From assembly GCA_964526695.1 (NCBI GenBank), contig CAZGJA010000042.1:21145-85144 (forward strand): a DNA stretch of 64,000 bases. Reading direction: 5' to 3'. The notes under the pieces were generated by a model. That model was not told where the DNA came from, made no database searches, and was given only the letters and a program-made list of their open reading frames with translations. The position numbers and the translations under genes are program-made. Shown piece after piece: positions 1 to 11,099 of the stretch; position 1 is the stretch's first letter, and the number at the start of each line of letters is the position of its first letter. Origin of the DNA: an uncultured Phycisphaeraceae bacterium. Lineage in GTDB: Bacteria > Planctomycetota > Phycisphaerae > UBA1845.

Positions 1-131
1 AAGAAGATCGGCTCTCGCGCTCGCGGTCGAATTACTTCCAATCGCTTTACGACTATCACGAGGCCTACGCGCGATTGGTGAATGCCATTGGGGCAGCGCC
101 GCCGCAGGAGAGACCAGGAACCGGTCCATGA
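1..131 (+). CDS. 3' end of TolC-like outer membrane efflux protein (partial)
   Basis: Frame from nt 3 reads EDRLSRSRSNYFQSLYDYHEAYARLVNAIG...stop at 129-131, a typical TolC C-terminal helix; ATGA overlap with the MFP gene. Confidence 0.6.
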   Translation, partial: EDRLSRSRSNYFQSLYDYHEAYARLVNAIGAAPPQERPGTGP

Positions 132-1393
132 TGAAAGAGTTTGAACGATTGAGCGTAGTCTCATTCTTGTTCGTGACCTGTTTTGCAGGCTGCGACCGAA
201 ATGAAACCGCGACGCGAGGTCCCGGCTCCGCTTCAACCCGGCCCGCCGCGGCGTCCCAGCCGGCCGAGCAGCCCGGAGGTCGCTGGGTCACGGTCGAGCG
301 CCGGGCGTTTCACCAGACCACATCCGCCGTGGGTTCGTTTCGCGCGCGGCAGACCACGATGCTCGGGTCGCAGGTATCCGGCCGGGTTGACGCGGTTCTC
401 GTGGATGTTGGAGACGTGCTGCGCGAGGGAGAGGAACTCGTCCGCCTCGATCCGGTCTTCTTTCAAATTGAGATCCAACAACGCGAGGCTGATTTGGAAG
501 CTGCCACGGTTAAGCTCGCGGGGGGCCGCGAATCACTCAAGACGCTGCAAGCGGAAGTGCAAGTGGCCCAAACGGCGCTGGCCGAAGCGGACCTCGAATA
601 TACGCGCATGAAGAACCTCTGGGAAAAACCGTCAGGAGAGACGCCGTCGATCTCAAAGCAGCGGTACGACGCCGGGCGATTCGCGCACGAGCAGGCGAAA
701 GCCCGATTGTCCGCCGCAGAATCGCGTGTGGCTGAGCAGGAGGCCAAGCTGCGCGAGTTCGAATCGGGCATCAAGCAGGCCGAAGAAGACCTGCGTTATG
801 CGAAGGAACGGTTGGAGGAAGCCACGATCCGCGCGCCCTACGACGCCGTGGTGACGCGCCGATTGCTTGACCCCGGCGAACCGGTTACGGCGACCCCCGT
901 CACACACATCCTGGAGATTCAGGAGGCCGGGACGTTGTACCTCGAATACTCGCTGCCGCAGGAGCTACTCTCGGCGGTACGCGAGGGAACGCCGATCACC
1001 TTCGACGCAGAAGGAATGCTGAAAAGCGACGGCGAGGGTCAGGCCCTGATTAACATCGTCTATCCGACCCTCGACGAATCCACGCGCTCCTTTCGTTGCC
1101 GGAGCATTGTCGCCAATTCCAGCCTGACGATCCGCCCGGGCATGCTCGCGCGCGTGCAAGTCGTGACCGGCGAAGCGGCCGGTGTGCTGGCGATCCCACG
1201 AGCCGCACTCAAGCAGTCGTCCCGTGGCTGGGTCGTGTTCGCTTCCAATGATGGGCATCGCGTCGAGCGCCAGGTCGAGGTCGGCTTGATGGACGAAGTG
1301 TGGGCGGAAGTACGTTTCGGGCTGTCCGAAAGCGATCGCGTCCTAGTGCCGGATTCAGACCAGACGACGCAGTCCACCCGAGGGAAGCGGTGA
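128..1393 (+). CDS. RND efflux membrane fusion protein (lipoprotein)
   Basis: Lipobox-like FAGC, lipoyl half-motifs (SQVSGRVDAVLVDVGD; IRAPYDAVV), coiled-coil hairpin, RPGM motif; coupled to AcrB-like gene. Confidence 0.93.
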   Translation: MMKEFERLSVVSFLFVTCFAGCDRNETATRGPGSASTRPAAASQPAEQPGGRWVTVERRAFHQTTSAVGSFRARQTTMLGSQVSGRVDAVLVDVGDVLREGEELVRLDPVFFQIEIQQREADLEAATVKLAGGRESLKTLQAEVQVAQTALAEADLEYTRMKNLWEKPSGETPSISKQRYDAGRFAHEQAKARLSAAESRVAEQEAKLREFESGIKQAEEDLRYAKERLEEATIRAPYDAVVTRRLLDPGEPVTATPVTHILEIQEAGTLYLEYSLPQELLSAVREGTPITFDAEGMLKSDGEGQALINIVYPTLDESTRSFRCRSIVANSSLTIRPGMLARVQVVTGEAAGVLAIPRAALKQSSRGWVVFASNDGHRVERQVEVGLMDEVWAEVRFGLSESDRVLVPDSDQTTQSTRGKR

Positions 1394-4300
1394 TGACGCT
1401 CTCTGACATCGCAATCCGCCGCCCGATCTTCGCTTCGATGGTGCTCTCTGCCATCATCGTGTTCGGTGTGATTTCATACCGCCGCATCGGCATCGACCTG
1501 TTCCCCCGCGTGGAGTTTCCCGTCATCACCGTCATCTCGGTGCTCCCCGGCGCCGACCCGGAGACGGTCGAACTGACCGTCACGGATTTGATCGAGGAAG
1601 CCATTTCGACGATCAGCTCGATCAAGCACCTGCGATCCACGAGTTCCGACAGTGTTTCGCAGGTGGTGGTCGAGTTTGAACTGGATAAAGACATCGACGT
1701 GGCATACCAGGAAGTCGTGGCCAAGATCGGCACGGTTCGATCGGAACTGCCTGACGACCTGGAAGAGCCGGTGGTCGAGAAGTTCGACGTGGATGCTTCT
1801 CCGATCATGGCCATCGTCGTGTCGGGCGAGATGCCCATCCGCGATCTGACCTTTCTGGCCGACAACACAGTCAAAGAACGGCTCCAGCGCGTGCCCAACG
1901 TCGGGCAAGTCAAGATCGTCGGCGGGCGCGAACGGCAAATTTGGCTCTGGCTTGATCGCACCAAACTCGAAGGCTACCAACTCTCTGTCCAGGACGTGAT
2001 CGACGCCTTGCGGACCGAACACATCGAATTTCCCGGCGGCCGCGTCGAAACCAGCGCCCGGGAATACGTGGTCAAGACCAAGGCTGAGTTCGAATCGGAA
2101 GAACAGTTCAACAACATGGTCGTCGCGTATCGAAACGACGCGCCTGTCCGCGTGAAGGACTTGGGCCGCGCTGAAGACGGGTTAGAGGAGGAACGCAGCC
2201 TTGCCCGGTTGAATGACGTTCGCGCGGTATCCCTGTTGGTCCGCAGGCAGTCAGGTACGAATGCGGTTCGCGTGGCTCATGACGTAAAAGCGGAGGTCGA
2301 AAAGCTGCGACAAGAGCTGGATCCCCAAGGCGTCCGGCTCGCCATCGCGCAGGACACGTCGCTGTTCATCGAACACTCGGTAGACGAAGTGAAGTTTCAC
2401 ATAGCCTTCGGCGGGGGGCTGGCGATTCTCATCGTGTTCGTGTTCCTGCGCAATCCGCGAAGCACGTTTATCAGCTCGCTTGTGCTGCCGACCGCCATCG
2501 TGGGGACGTTCATCGTCATGAACATGCTGGGGTTCACTCAGAACATGATGACCCTGCTCGCACTGTCCCTGTCAGTTGGCCTGCTCATCGACGACGCCAT
2601 CGTAGTCCAGGAAAACATCATGCGGCACGTCGAGGAGGGCATGACCGCCCGTGAGGCGGCATCGTTTGGCACACGCGAGATCACGCTGGCGGTACTGGCC
2701 ACGACGCTATCAGTGGTCGCCGTGTTCGTTCCTGTCGCCTTTATGGAAGGCATCGTCGGTCGCTTCTTCTACCAGTTCGGCATGACGGTCGCGTTTGCGG
2801 TGATGATCTCCATGTTCGTCTCGTTCACGCTCGACCCGATGCTGTCCTCGCGCATCCTCAGGGCTCCGAAGCGTGGGCGACTCTACCAGTATTCGGAGCG
2901 CATGTTCCTGCTCATCGACCATGCCTACGAATGGCTGCTGGGGCGATCTATCCGGCATCGCTGGATTGTCGTTGGAGTTGGACTGGCCACGTTCGGCGGT
3001 TCGATCTACATGGGAAAGTTCCTTCGGTCGGAGTTCCTGCCTTTGGAGGACCAAAGCGAGTTCAACGTGAAGGTCAAGGCCCCCTTGGGAGCGTCTCTGG
3101 CCGTGACCGATTCACTGTTTGAGCGGCTCCGCGAGCGGGTCAAGGATCAGCTCTGGCTGGACTATACGTTCGTGACCATCGGCTCCGACGAACTCCAGCG
3201 CGTCAACGAGGGCACCATGTACGTCAAGATGCTCGAAAAGGACCAACGCGCAATCGGCCAGAACGACGCCATGACCTGGATGCGTGAGCGAGTCGCCGAC
3301 ATCACCGGCGCCAAGGTCAGCGTGGAAATCGTTCCCCGCGTTTCTGGTGGCGGTCGTAAATGGGCGGACGTGCAACTCGAAATCCGGGGACACGAACTTG
3401 ACCGGCTGGAGACGATCTCCAACGCGGTGATGTCTCGAATGAGAGAAACCGAAGGCTACGTTGACATCGACACGACATACGAGAAAGACAAGCCGGAAGT
3501 CAACGTCTTCGTCAAACGCGACCGGGCCGCCGATTTGGGCGTCAATCCCATGGCCGTGGCCACGGCGATCAACGCTCTCATCGGCGGTCAAGACGTCAGC
3601 AAGTTCAAGGCCGCGGGTGAGCGTTATGATGTCAGCGTGCGTCTCCAGGAACCATTTCGAGCATCTCCGGGCGATATTGAGCAGCTTACCGTCCGCGGTC
3701 GCACGGGCGACCTGATCAACCTCCGCAACGTGGCCTACGTTCGCGAAGAGGCGGGGCCCGTACAAATCGACCGCTACAATCGCGCTCGGCAGATCACTGT
3801 CCTGGCGAACCTGCAACGCGACAAAAAGGTGCTCGGTGAGGCCGTGGCCGAACTGTCAGCCGTCGTCAAGCAGGTCGGGTTGCCTCCCGGCTACAGTTTC
3901 GGCTTTGCCGGTCAGGCCGACAACATGCGGGAGGCTTTCGCCAACTTATTGTTCGCCCTGTTCCTCGCCATCATCATCGTGTACATGGTGTTGGCCTCCC
4001 AGTTCGAGAGCTTAGTGCATCCCTTCACCATCATGCTCGCCCTGCCGCTTTCCGTGGTCGGTGCGTTCGGCCTACTGATCTTGAGCAAAATGACGGTGAG
4101 CATTTACACGATGATCGGCATCATTCTGCTAATGGGCCTGGTCACGAAGAACGGCGTGCTGCTGGTGGACTTCATCAACACGCTTCGCCACCGTGACGGA
4201 ATGGACCGCGATGCGGCGATCCTCAAAGCCGGACCCATTCGTCTCCGTCCGATTCTCATGACGACCTTGGCCCTGATTTTCGGCATGCTCCCGATCGCCC

Positions 4301-4494
4301 TCGGCACAGGAGCGGGTTCGGAGTCACGCCAACCCATGGCCGTCGCCGTCATTGGCGGACTGACGACATCGACGTTGCTGACGCTCGTCGTCGTTCCTGC
4401 CGTCTACACGATTATGGACGACTTGGCACACCCGGCCCGCTGGCGGTTCGTGCAGTGGCTCCGGCGACGTCGCCCCGCACAGGTGCCGGTGTGA
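1393..4494 (+). CDS. AcrB/AcrD/AcrF-family RND permease
   Basis: [11 protein letters not shown] start (TGATG overlap), [11 protein letters not shown] and [22 protein letters not shown] motifs; about 1033 aa. Confidence 0.96.
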   Translation: MTLSDIAIRRPIFASMVLSAIIVFGVISYRRIGIDLFPRVEFPVITVISVLPGADPETVELTVTDLIEEAISTISSIKHLRSTSSDSVSQVVVEFELDKDIDVAYQEVVAKIGTVRSELPDDLEEPVVEKFDVDASPIMAIVVSGEMPIRDLTFLADNTVKERLQRVPNVGQVKIVGGRERQIWLWLDRTKLEGYQLSVQDVIDALRTEHIEFPGGRVETSAREYVVKTKAEFESEEQFNNMVVAYRNDAPVRVKDLGRAEDGLEEERSLARLNDVRAVSLLVRRQSGTNAVRVAHDVKAEVEKLRQELDPQGVRLAIAQDTSLFIEHSVDEVKFHIAFGGGLAILIVFVFLRNPRSTFISSLVLPTAIVGTFIVMNMLGFTQNMMTLLALSLSVGLLIDDAIVVQENIMRHVEEGMTAREAASFGTREITLAVLATTLSVVAVFVPVAFMEGIVGRFFYQFGMTVAFAVMISMFVSFTLDPMLSSRILRAPKRGRLYQYSERMFLLIDHAYEWLLGRSIRHRWIVVGVGLATFGGSIYMGKFLRSEFLPLEDQSEFNVKVKAPLGASLAVTDSLFERLRERVKDQLWLDYTFVTIGSDELQRVNEGTMYVKMLEKDQRAIGQNDAMTWMRERVADITGAKVSVEIVPRVSGGGRKWADVQLEIRGHELDRLETISNAVMSRMRETEGYVDIDTTYEKDKPEVNVFVKRDRAADLGVNPMAVATAINALIGGQDVSKFKAAGERYDVSVRLQEPFRASPGDIEQLTVRGRTGDLINLRNVAYVREEAGPVQIDRYNRARQITVLANLQRDKKVLGEAVAELSAVVKQVGLPPGYSFGFAGQADNMREAFANLLFALFLAIIIVYMVLASQFESLVHPFTIMLALPLSVVGAFGLLILSKMTVSIYTMIGIILLMGLVTKNGVLLVDFINTLRHRDGMDRDAAILKAGPIRLRPILMTTLALIFGMLPIALGTGAGSESRQPMAVAVIGGLTTSTLLTLVVVPAVYTIMDDLAHPARWRFVQWLRRRRPAQVPV

Positions 4495-4623
4495 CCGTTG
4501 GAGACTGACTCTCCACGACCGGATGTAAGAAGTCGCTTTTCGGGGCAGCAGTGGCGAACAGATAGGGTGCAACAGGGATCGACTCGATACGGCCGGGTGG
4601 ATGCTCGGCCTTCGCGGCAACGC

Positions 4624-4908
4624 TCAGTGTTTTGTACCTGTCCTGCGGCCCTCGTCGCCACGCGACGAGTTCCGAGCCGCAGCCATCTGCTCGTGAATCC
4701 AGGAATGCGCCTCGTTCAGCGCCTTGGCCAGCGGTAGCAGGTCCGCGGGGCCGAACGAGTACGCGTTCTTCCAGGTCTCGCCGTCCCGATAGGAGCGGCA
4801 GACCGTCACGTTGTGCATTGTTCCCTTGGCCGTCTGGTTGAGCCAGATTGCGGCCTTGACGTTGCGGTACCGGACCTCGTGGACCGGCTTGTTTCCCGAC
4901 TTGGCCAT
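4624..4908 (-). CDS. Small SSB/PC4-like protein, copy 1
   Basis: GGAGG RBS before ATG 4908; KPVHEVRYRNVKAAIW...SYRDGETWK...SFGPADLL...AHSWI; clear paralogue of 14852-15091; ssDNA-binding function is inference. Confidence 0.7.
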   Translation of the reverse strand: MAKSGNKPVHEVRYRNVKAAIWLNQTAKGTMHNVTVCRSYRDGETWKNAYSFGPADLLPLAKALNEAHSWIHEQMAAARNSSRGDEGRRTGTKH

Positions 4909-5416
4909 AACGCACCTCCAAACCGTGCGCGAAGGGCCGGAGCGATCCACCCGGTAATGGCGTTATGGCGTGCCGGGGGCGAAACGTGCCGTGGAGGCCG
5001 TCGGAGGACACGTGCGTGACTTCGACGGCGCTGGTGTGATAGACCGGGGGCATGTACCCGGCATGTTTGCTCATGTTCATCGCCTTGTTCGCGTCGTATC
5101 CCGACGCGCTCCAGTGGGCGCTGGCGGTTTATCTGCTGATGGTCTGGCGGAACTGGCGCCTGGGGCCGTAGGCAGACCGTTCGCTCGCAGTCACGCGGCC
5201 GGTGGCACCGGCCGACAGCCGTCGTCAAGGCGTCGGCTGTCTGCTCACGAACCGGGCATGTGCCCGCAGGCTCGCAGCGCGTGTTGCTCGTTCAATAGCC
5301 TCGGGAATCGCGGCGCATGGCCGGTCGTACGCGAGATCAACCTTCGACGAACCGTCGAAAGAAATCGGGGCACTCAATCCCGAATCGTCGGGATCGAGTG
5401 CCCCTCGGTGCCACCT

Positions 5417-7216
5417 TCAAGCCGCCCGCACCCGTTTGCGGTTGCGACGCGACTTGTCGCGGTGCCGCGGCTTTTTGCGAGCCTCCTTTCGCCGCGTTGG
5501 CTCCGGGGTGACACCGCCGGAATCGTCAGCTTCGACGTCCGGCTCGAACGGCGGGTCGGCAGCCTGCTCCGGCGGGGACGGTGCGACCGCGCCGGCATCG
5601 GCGGTCTCGTCCTCCGGCGGAAGGCCCCAACTCTTGGGTTGGGGCAGCGCCTTGACGGCTTCGGTTTCGATCTCGGCGTGGTTGATGCCGAGAATCTCGC
5701 ACATCCGTCCGGCCTCGAATGCCTGAAACCCGACGCGATTGCTGTCATGCATCGCCAGCCGCCGAATCCAAATCTGCACCACGTCATGCAGCGCCGCCGC
5801 GGTGCGCTCGTCGGCTGCACCGCCGCGCAGACGGTCATAGCGGTCCCACGGGTCCTCGTGGTACATGCGGTCCGCTCGCCCTGACGTTCCGAACGACAAC
5901 AGCAACGACACGATCTCGGGCTTGTCCGAATCGGCGCCGTGGCCGGCAGCGTTCTCGGCTAGCGCTCTCGACACGTCCTCGACAGTCAAGCTGCGAAGCC
6001 GCGTTTCGACCTGTTTGACCACAAACGCCTGGCGGCGCTTCTGATGGCGGGCACGGCGCTCGTCCAGCGTCATGGGCTTGTGCTCCGCCTTCGGCATGTT
6101 CTTACCGCGACCGTTCTTGTGGCCCGGGATCTGTGGGTCACCGGCGTCGATGTACACCAGCTTGCCGGCCTTGGGTCCATCGACCTGCATGGCGGGCACG
6201 GCGTTCGGGTTGCTCGCCTTGACGAATCGCGGGGCATACACACGGTGAACGCGGTCGCCAAAGGCTTCGTGCATGGCCTGGCTCCCGGAGCCGCCGCCGA
6301 TCTGGACCAGCGCCAGATTCGGATGGTCGGCGCGTAGCTCGCCCTCGCAGCGTTGCACATGGGCAATCTGCTTGCGGTCGAAACACGCGGGGTCCAGGCA
6401 GCGGTCGTCCTTAGCGGGCTTGCCGTTGACGGGTACTTCCTCGGCGTCGAACAGGAGCGGATGCGCCCCGGAGCGCTTCGGACAGTTGCAACATGCTCCC
6501 GCCTTCGGGTCCAGCGTCTCGTCATCGGGCGACCACGGCATAGCGGCGAGCGTGTGCAGGCCGCCGTCGATGATGCGGCGAAGGTCCTCCACACTGGGGA
6601 ACCCGCGGCCGAACACCGGGTAGAAGTCGTCCTGGGCCAGTCCGTCCTGCGTTTCGTCGGGAAGGCGAGCGATCAACTCCAGGTGGGCTGGGGACAGCCT
6701 GCTGGCAGGCGATTCCGCCGTCCGCACCGCTTTGCGCCACGCTTCGGTGAGGCGCGTCAGCGACCCCCGCCTTGCGACGAACTGAGCGTTCTTACCGAGC
6801 CGGGCGGCGATAGCTTCTGCGTCGAACCCGTGCTCGAACGCTTTCTGAATCACCGCGGCCTCCTCCAACGGGTGTAGGTTTTCGCGCTGGAGGTTCTCGG
6901 TGATGGTGACCGCGAGCGCCGTCTCATCGTCGAGCTTGCCGACAATGGCCGGGATGGTCTCCAACCCGGCCAGCTTGGCTGCCCGCCAGCGACGGTACCC
7001 GGCCCGAATCTCCCATGTGTCGGGCTTCTCGGGGTGCGGACGAACCAGAATCGGTTGCAGCACGCCGTTGCGTTTGATGCTGCGAGCCAGCGACTTCAGG
7101 GAGTTGTTGCTCACCGGCCTCCGCCCGTTGTCCGTGGTGGGCACGAGCTGATCGACCGGAATCATCTGGATGCGGCGCGCCAACACGGCGCGGCCTTCGT
7201 ACTGTGCGACAGGCAT
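5417..7216 (-). CDS. parB: ParB/RepB/Spo0J-family protein, long ICE/phage type
   Basis: AGGAG RBS at ATG 7216; GVLQPILVR, IRAGYRRWRAA, ENLQRENLHPLEEA motifs; Cys cluster CCNCPKRSG...RCLDPACF. Confidence 0.92.
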   Translation of the reverse strand: MPVAQYEGRAVLARRIQMIPVDQLVPTTDNGRRPVSNNSLKSLARSIKRNGVLQPILVRPHPEKPDTWEIRAGYRRWRAAKLAGLETIPAIVGKLDDETALAVTITENLQRENLHPLEEAAVIQKAFEHGFDAEAIAARLGKNAQFVARRGSLTRLTEAWRKAVRTAESPASRLSPAHLELIARLPDETQDGLAQDDFYPVFGRGFPSVEDLRRIIDGGLHTLAAMPWSPDDETLDPKAGACCNCPKRSGAHPLLFDAEEVPVNGKPAKDDRCLDPACFDRKQIAHVQRCEGELRADHPNLALVQIGGGSGSQAMHEAFGDRVHRVYAPRFVKASNPNAVPAMQVDGPKAGKLVYIDAGDPQIPGHKNGRGKNMPKAEHKPMTLDERRARHQKRRQAFVVKQVETRLRSLTVEDVSRALAENAAGHGADSDKPEIVSLLLSFGTSGRADRMYHEDPWDRYDRLRGGAADERTAAALHDVVQIWIRRLAMHDSNRVGFQAFEAGRMCEILGINHAEIETEAVKALPQPKSWGLPPEDETADAGAVAPSPPEQAADPPFEPDVEADDSGGVTPEPTRRKEARKKPRHRDKSRRNRKRVRAA

Positions 7217-7511
7217 CTTGGGTCTCCTTGTCTGATGGAAAAGCACGCGACACCCGGCCACGCGGCCGGGCGACTTCGCGAAAGCGGATGGCGCAGGGGT
7301 GGCGTGAAAACCTGGTTGCGTACGACACGGCAGCGCCTGGCGGGTCCGCCTGCGGCGGGTGCGCGGGACGCTGCGATATCCGGCTTCTACCGCTGCCGAA
7401 CTGAGAAAGAGGTGCGGCGGTCAGCCTGCCACAGAATCGCGGAAAAGGGAAGCCGGGGCACCGTGGCCCGATGGGGCTGAAGAAGGGTGGTCACGGGGCA
7501 GGGGGGGATGC

Positions 7512-7760
7512 TCAGCGAGACACGGGACGAAGAACGGGGCGCGGCGAATTTCTCAAGCGGAAGGCGGCGATCACGTTGATTAGGCCTGCCCAGAGCCGCG
7601 CCGAATCCTGGTCGCCAATCAACTCCGCCTCGAAGCGCATGGCTTCGAGCATGTCCATGACGAACGCGACGTTGTCGCTGCACGCCGTCTCGTACGGGTC
7701 GTGCTCGGGGTCGGTCTCGTTGACGAGAGGCAGTCGGTTCATGAGGTAAGCTTGCCACAA
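7512..7760 (-). CDS. Hypothetical small protein
   Basis: 82-aa ORF with natural composition, co-directional with parB; start may be 7742. Confidence 0.45.
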   Translation of the reverse strand: MWQAYLMNRLPLVNETDPEHDPYETACSDNVAFVMDMLEAMRFEAELIGDQDSARLWAGLINVIAAFRLRNSPRPVLRPVSR

Positions 7761-7825
7761 TCGTCCATGCGGCGCAAGCGAGACGATACAGGCATGGGGG
7801 TAGGCAGGCGCTCACGATTCTCGCG

Positions 7826-10366
7826 CTAGGGGTCTATTCCCTGAACCTGATCGACTTGCTCGAGAATTCGCTCCTGCTCCTTGTTGAGGTCGGGCGTGCG
7901 GTTTCGAGCGAGATTGGCGAGTTGGGCAGACCGGACAGGGTCGAAGTAGCAGCCGGAATCGGGAGAAGACATCATGATAAGCAGATCCCAGAGGTGCCGA
8001 ACATCCGCACCCGGAGCGAACGCCGCCCGCTCCTGCAATTCAAACGCGACGCTCAAATGTTCCTCGGACTCGGCGCGCCGGTCCAACCGGGCAAGGACCC
8101 GGCCGACCTGCCAGTGCATGTCCACAGCGCGTTGCAGGGGGCCGTCAAAGAATTCACGAAGGGCCAACGCTTCGTCTGCCAGCCGGTTTGCGTCCGCGAC
8201 GTTTCCAGCGTCCAGCGCCACCCCAGCGAGACGGGTAAGCACGCCCGCTCGGAAACTTCCGATGATCGCATCGCGCATGCCCAACCGCATCAAGCTCTCC
8301 AGCAGCACACGCGCTTCCTCGAATCTCTTCATAGCCAGAGACGGGTCGTCTTCCCGATTCCCCAGCAACCACAGGAGCGAAACGCAATCAAGAACAAACG
8401 GTGGTCGTGCGGGGTCAGCAACAACAACAGCGCGGGCCAGCGGCAACGCCTGCTGTAGGTGGTTTCGGGCAAGTTCCGTGTCTCCTCGCGCATCCGCCGC
8501 CCTCGCACACGCGACATGCGCCGCCCGTAGCGCGTGCATTGAGAGCGGGTTCTCCGGTTCAAGTTCGAACAATTCTTGGCTCAGATGCAAACAGGCGTCG
8601 GAGTGTTCCGTCATGCTGGAAACATCACTACGCTGAAACGCCACGATCGTGAGCCGCTCGTGGCTCCAAGCCAGCCATTCCAGGTGTTTGACCGAGCGAG
8701 AGGATTCCACCAGCCGTTCGTGCAGGGATGCCGCCTCTTCGTAAAGCCGCCATCCCTCGGCGCGCCGCTCCAAGGCGCAAAGCGCGTCGCCGAGCAGCAC
8801 AAGATCAATCGAAAGTCTGCCCAAGGTCGTGGCGTCACTGGGAGCCAACGTCGCTGCATGGCGACGTGCCTCCACGGCCTGCCGGCGCAAGTCGAGAGAC
8901 GCGGTCACTCGTCCTGCTCTGAACTCCGTCGAGGACTTGTACCGCAGCGCGCTCGCCAGAACATCGAGCAGGTGCGGATCATCGGGCCTTCGCTGAAGCA
9001 GGTGCCACGATTCATCGTAACAGCGCTGCGCGATGTCATCGCGCACAGCGTCTGTCCCGGCGATCTCGTCCAGTCGTGGAAGCGTTTCGCGGGCCAGAAA
9101 GCTAGCGAACTCTGACGACCGTCGTTCCGAGGCACGGGCCTGGAACAGTCCATACCAGGCTACGGCGGACAGGATGAAAAACACAACAACCGCGCCGGCG
9201 GTCACTGACACAAGTGCCCGGCGCCTGCGGCAGAATTGGCGGAGTAGATAAACCGCGCTCGGCTTGCGCGCGAGGATAGGTTCATGGTTCAGCAGGCGGC
9301 GTAGGTCGTCCGCCACTGCGCCGGCCGACTGGTATCGACGCCCGGCGTCTTTCGCCAACGCGGTCGAAACGATAATGTCGAGATCGCCGTCGCACGCTGG
9401 GTTGCGGAGTCGAAGTGATGTCGGCGCGACTCCCTCGATCGCGCGAACCGCCTCACCGATACCGAGACGCCGTACGTCGATCGGGAGTTCGCCAGCGAGC
9501 AACTGATATGCGAGTACGCCCAAGGCGTACACGTCGGAGCGGGTATCCGCCTCACCGCGAAGTTGTTCCGGGCTCATATAGGCGAGCGTGCCGAGAAGTT
9601 CCCCTTGCTGGGTATGGAGCGATTGGTCGGTCAGTTTCGTCTGCCCGATGGCCTTGGCAACGCCGAAGTCGATGATCTTCGGGGTTGGCACCCCGTCGAG
9701 GTCCGCAACCAGAATGTTGGAGGGCTTCAGGTCTCGGTGGATCACGCCGTTGACGTGCGCGTGCTGCACGGCGTCGAAGACGCGGATCAGCAGCTTGATT
9801 CGCTCATCTATCGAAAGCCCAAGCCGCCCGCAGTAGGTGGTGATGGGCTCGCCGGGAACATGCTCCATCACGAAGTAGGGACGGCGCGTTCCATCGTCAA
9901 GCTGGCCGGCGTCGATGATGCTCACCACGGACGGGTGGCTAAGGTGGGCGAGTGCCTGTCGCTCGGCCTCGAAGCGCTTCAATACCTTCGCGCTGTCCAT
10001 GCCATAGCGCAACACCTTGACGGCCACGCGACGCCGGAGGGGCGTGAGTTGTTCCGCGAGGTACACCCGAGCAAAGCCGCCTTCACCAATCACGCTTAGG
10101 AGGCGATACGGGCCGACCGACGAGAGCAGCGCGTCGTCGTGTCTGAGGATTTCATCGACGACTCGCGATTGCAGCGCGGCGTCGATGACGGGTTGCTCCA
10201 GGAAATCCGGGTTCTTGTCGGCGTGGAGTAGCAGGTTGCGCAGCTCGCGTGCTAGCGCTTCGTCCTCACCGCAGGACTCCTTGATGAAACGGTCTCGTTC
10301 GTCGTGGGGCAGGTCATGGGTGGTGAAGAACAACTCCTGGAGCCGTTTGTGCTTGTCCGGGGTCAT
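7826..10366 (-). CDS. Ser/Thr protein kinase with C-terminal TPR-like repeats (ECF-associated)
   Basis: IGEGGFARVY, VAVKVL, HRDLKPSN, IIDFG, GTLAYMSPEQ, SDVYALG; start MTPDKHKR overlaps the sigma stop (ATGA). Confidence 0.95.
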   Translation of the reverse strand: MTPDKHKRLQELFFTTHDLPHDERDRFIKESCGEDEALARELRNLLLHADKNPDFLEQPVIDAALQSRVVDEILRHDDALLSSVGPYRLLSVIGEGGFARVYLAEQLTPLRRRVAVKVLRYGMDSAKVLKRFEAERQALAHLSHPSVVSIIDAGQLDDGTRRPYFVMEHVPGEPITTYCGRLGLSIDERIKLLIRVFDAVQHAHVNGVIHRDLKPSNILVADLDGVPTPKIIDFGVAKAIGQTKLTDQSLHTQQGELLGTLAYMSPEQLRGEADTRSDVYALGVLAYQLLAGELPIDVRRLGIGEAVRAIEGVAPTSLRLRNPACDGDLDIIVSTALAKDAGRRYQSAGAVADDLRRLLNHEPILARKPSAVYLLRQFCRRRRALVSVTAGAVVVFFILSAVAWYGLFQARASERRSSEFASFLARETLPRLDEIAGTDAVRDDIAQRCYDESWHLLQRRPDDPHLLDVLASALRYKSSTEFRAGRVTASLDLRRQAVEARRHAATLAPSDATTLGRLSIDLVLLGDALCALERRAEGWRLYEEAASLHERLVESSRSVKHLEWLAWSHERLTIVAFQRSDVSSMTEHSDACLHLSQELFELEPENPLSMHALRAAHVACARAADARGDTELARNHLQQALPLARAVVVADPARPPFVLDCVSLLWLLGNREDDPSLAMKRFEEARVLLESLMRLGMRDAIIGSFRAGVLTRLAGVALDAGNVADANRLADEALALREFFDGPLQRAVDMHWQVGRVLARLDRRAESEEHLSVAFELQERAAFAPGADVRHLWDLLIMMSSPDSGCYFDPVRSAQLANLARNRTPDLNKEQERILEQVDQVQGIDP

Positions 10367-10935
10367 GGAGAATGGCCGCTCAACCAGGACGCGAGCAACG
10401 CTTTGGCCAGCGCCCATTTCTTAGCGATGGCTCTCGGCGAAAGCTCCATCATGGTCGCGACCTCGTCAACTGTCAGCCCCCCAAAAAACCGCAGCTCGAC
10501 GATTCTGGCGAGTTCCTGGTCCAGCGCCTCAAGCTTCTTCAGCGCCTCATGGACGTCGATGATGTCGGCTTCGACACGGCCATCGGTCGCAGGCTCCGCA
10601 CGGAGCTGGACCGTAATCTGACCGTTGCCACGCTTCTGGCAGCCGTGGCCCTTGGCATGGTCGATTAGGACGCGCCGAATGGTCCCGGCGGCGGCGGCGA
10701 AGAAGTGGGTCCGGTCGCGCCAGCGGATGTCGGTCAACTCGGACAGGCGCAAGTAGGCTTCGTTGACCAGCGCGGTAGGTTGGAGCGTGTGGTTCCGCCG
10801 TTCCGCTGCCATGAAGCCCAAGGCCAACTCGCGGAGCTGTTCGTACAGAACGCGCCCAAGTTCCGGATCGCCAAGCACTTGCGCTCCGGCCTCGAACGAC
10901 GCCGGGTGTCCCTGCTGCCTGCCTTCGCGCTCCAC
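10363..10935 (-). CDS. Planctomycete-type ECF sigma factor
   Basis: HTLQPTALVNEAYLRL, HFFAAAAGTIRRVLIDHA, IVELRFFGGLT...W..AKA motifs. Confidence 0.93.
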   Translation of the reverse strand: MEREGRQQGHPASFEAGAQVLGDPELGRVLYEQLRELALGFMAAERRNHTLQPTALVNEAYLRLSELTDIRWRDRTHFFAAAAGTIRRVLIDHAKGHGCQKRGNGQITVQLRAEPATDGRVEADIIDVHEALKKLEALDQELARIVELRFFGGLTVDEVATMMELSPRAIAKKWALAKALLASWLSGHSP

Positions 10936-11099
10936 TTCCTGCCTCCGGAACTATTTGTGCAGCCTGCACGGCCGATTGTCGCCTTTCCGGGGTGTAGGAG
11001 TCAATGCGAGTGGGCTTAGGCGGTCCATCCCGGGAAGGTCCGCGCGCCGAGGACCGGTCAAACTGCGCCCCCCGATTGTCGAATTGCCAGGAGTTTGCG

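Noticed and set aside
128-4494. RND efflux operon as a novel system
   Set aside because: Ordinary TolC-MFP-AcrB arrangement; only notable as probable element cargo.
4970-5884. 304-aa plus-strand ORF and similar long antisense ORFs (e.g. 22682-23527, 28026-28709, 52784-54346, 54322-55578)
   Set aside because: They overlap well-supported genes on the other strand, are R/P/A-rich and have no motifs; typical high-GC shadow ORFs.
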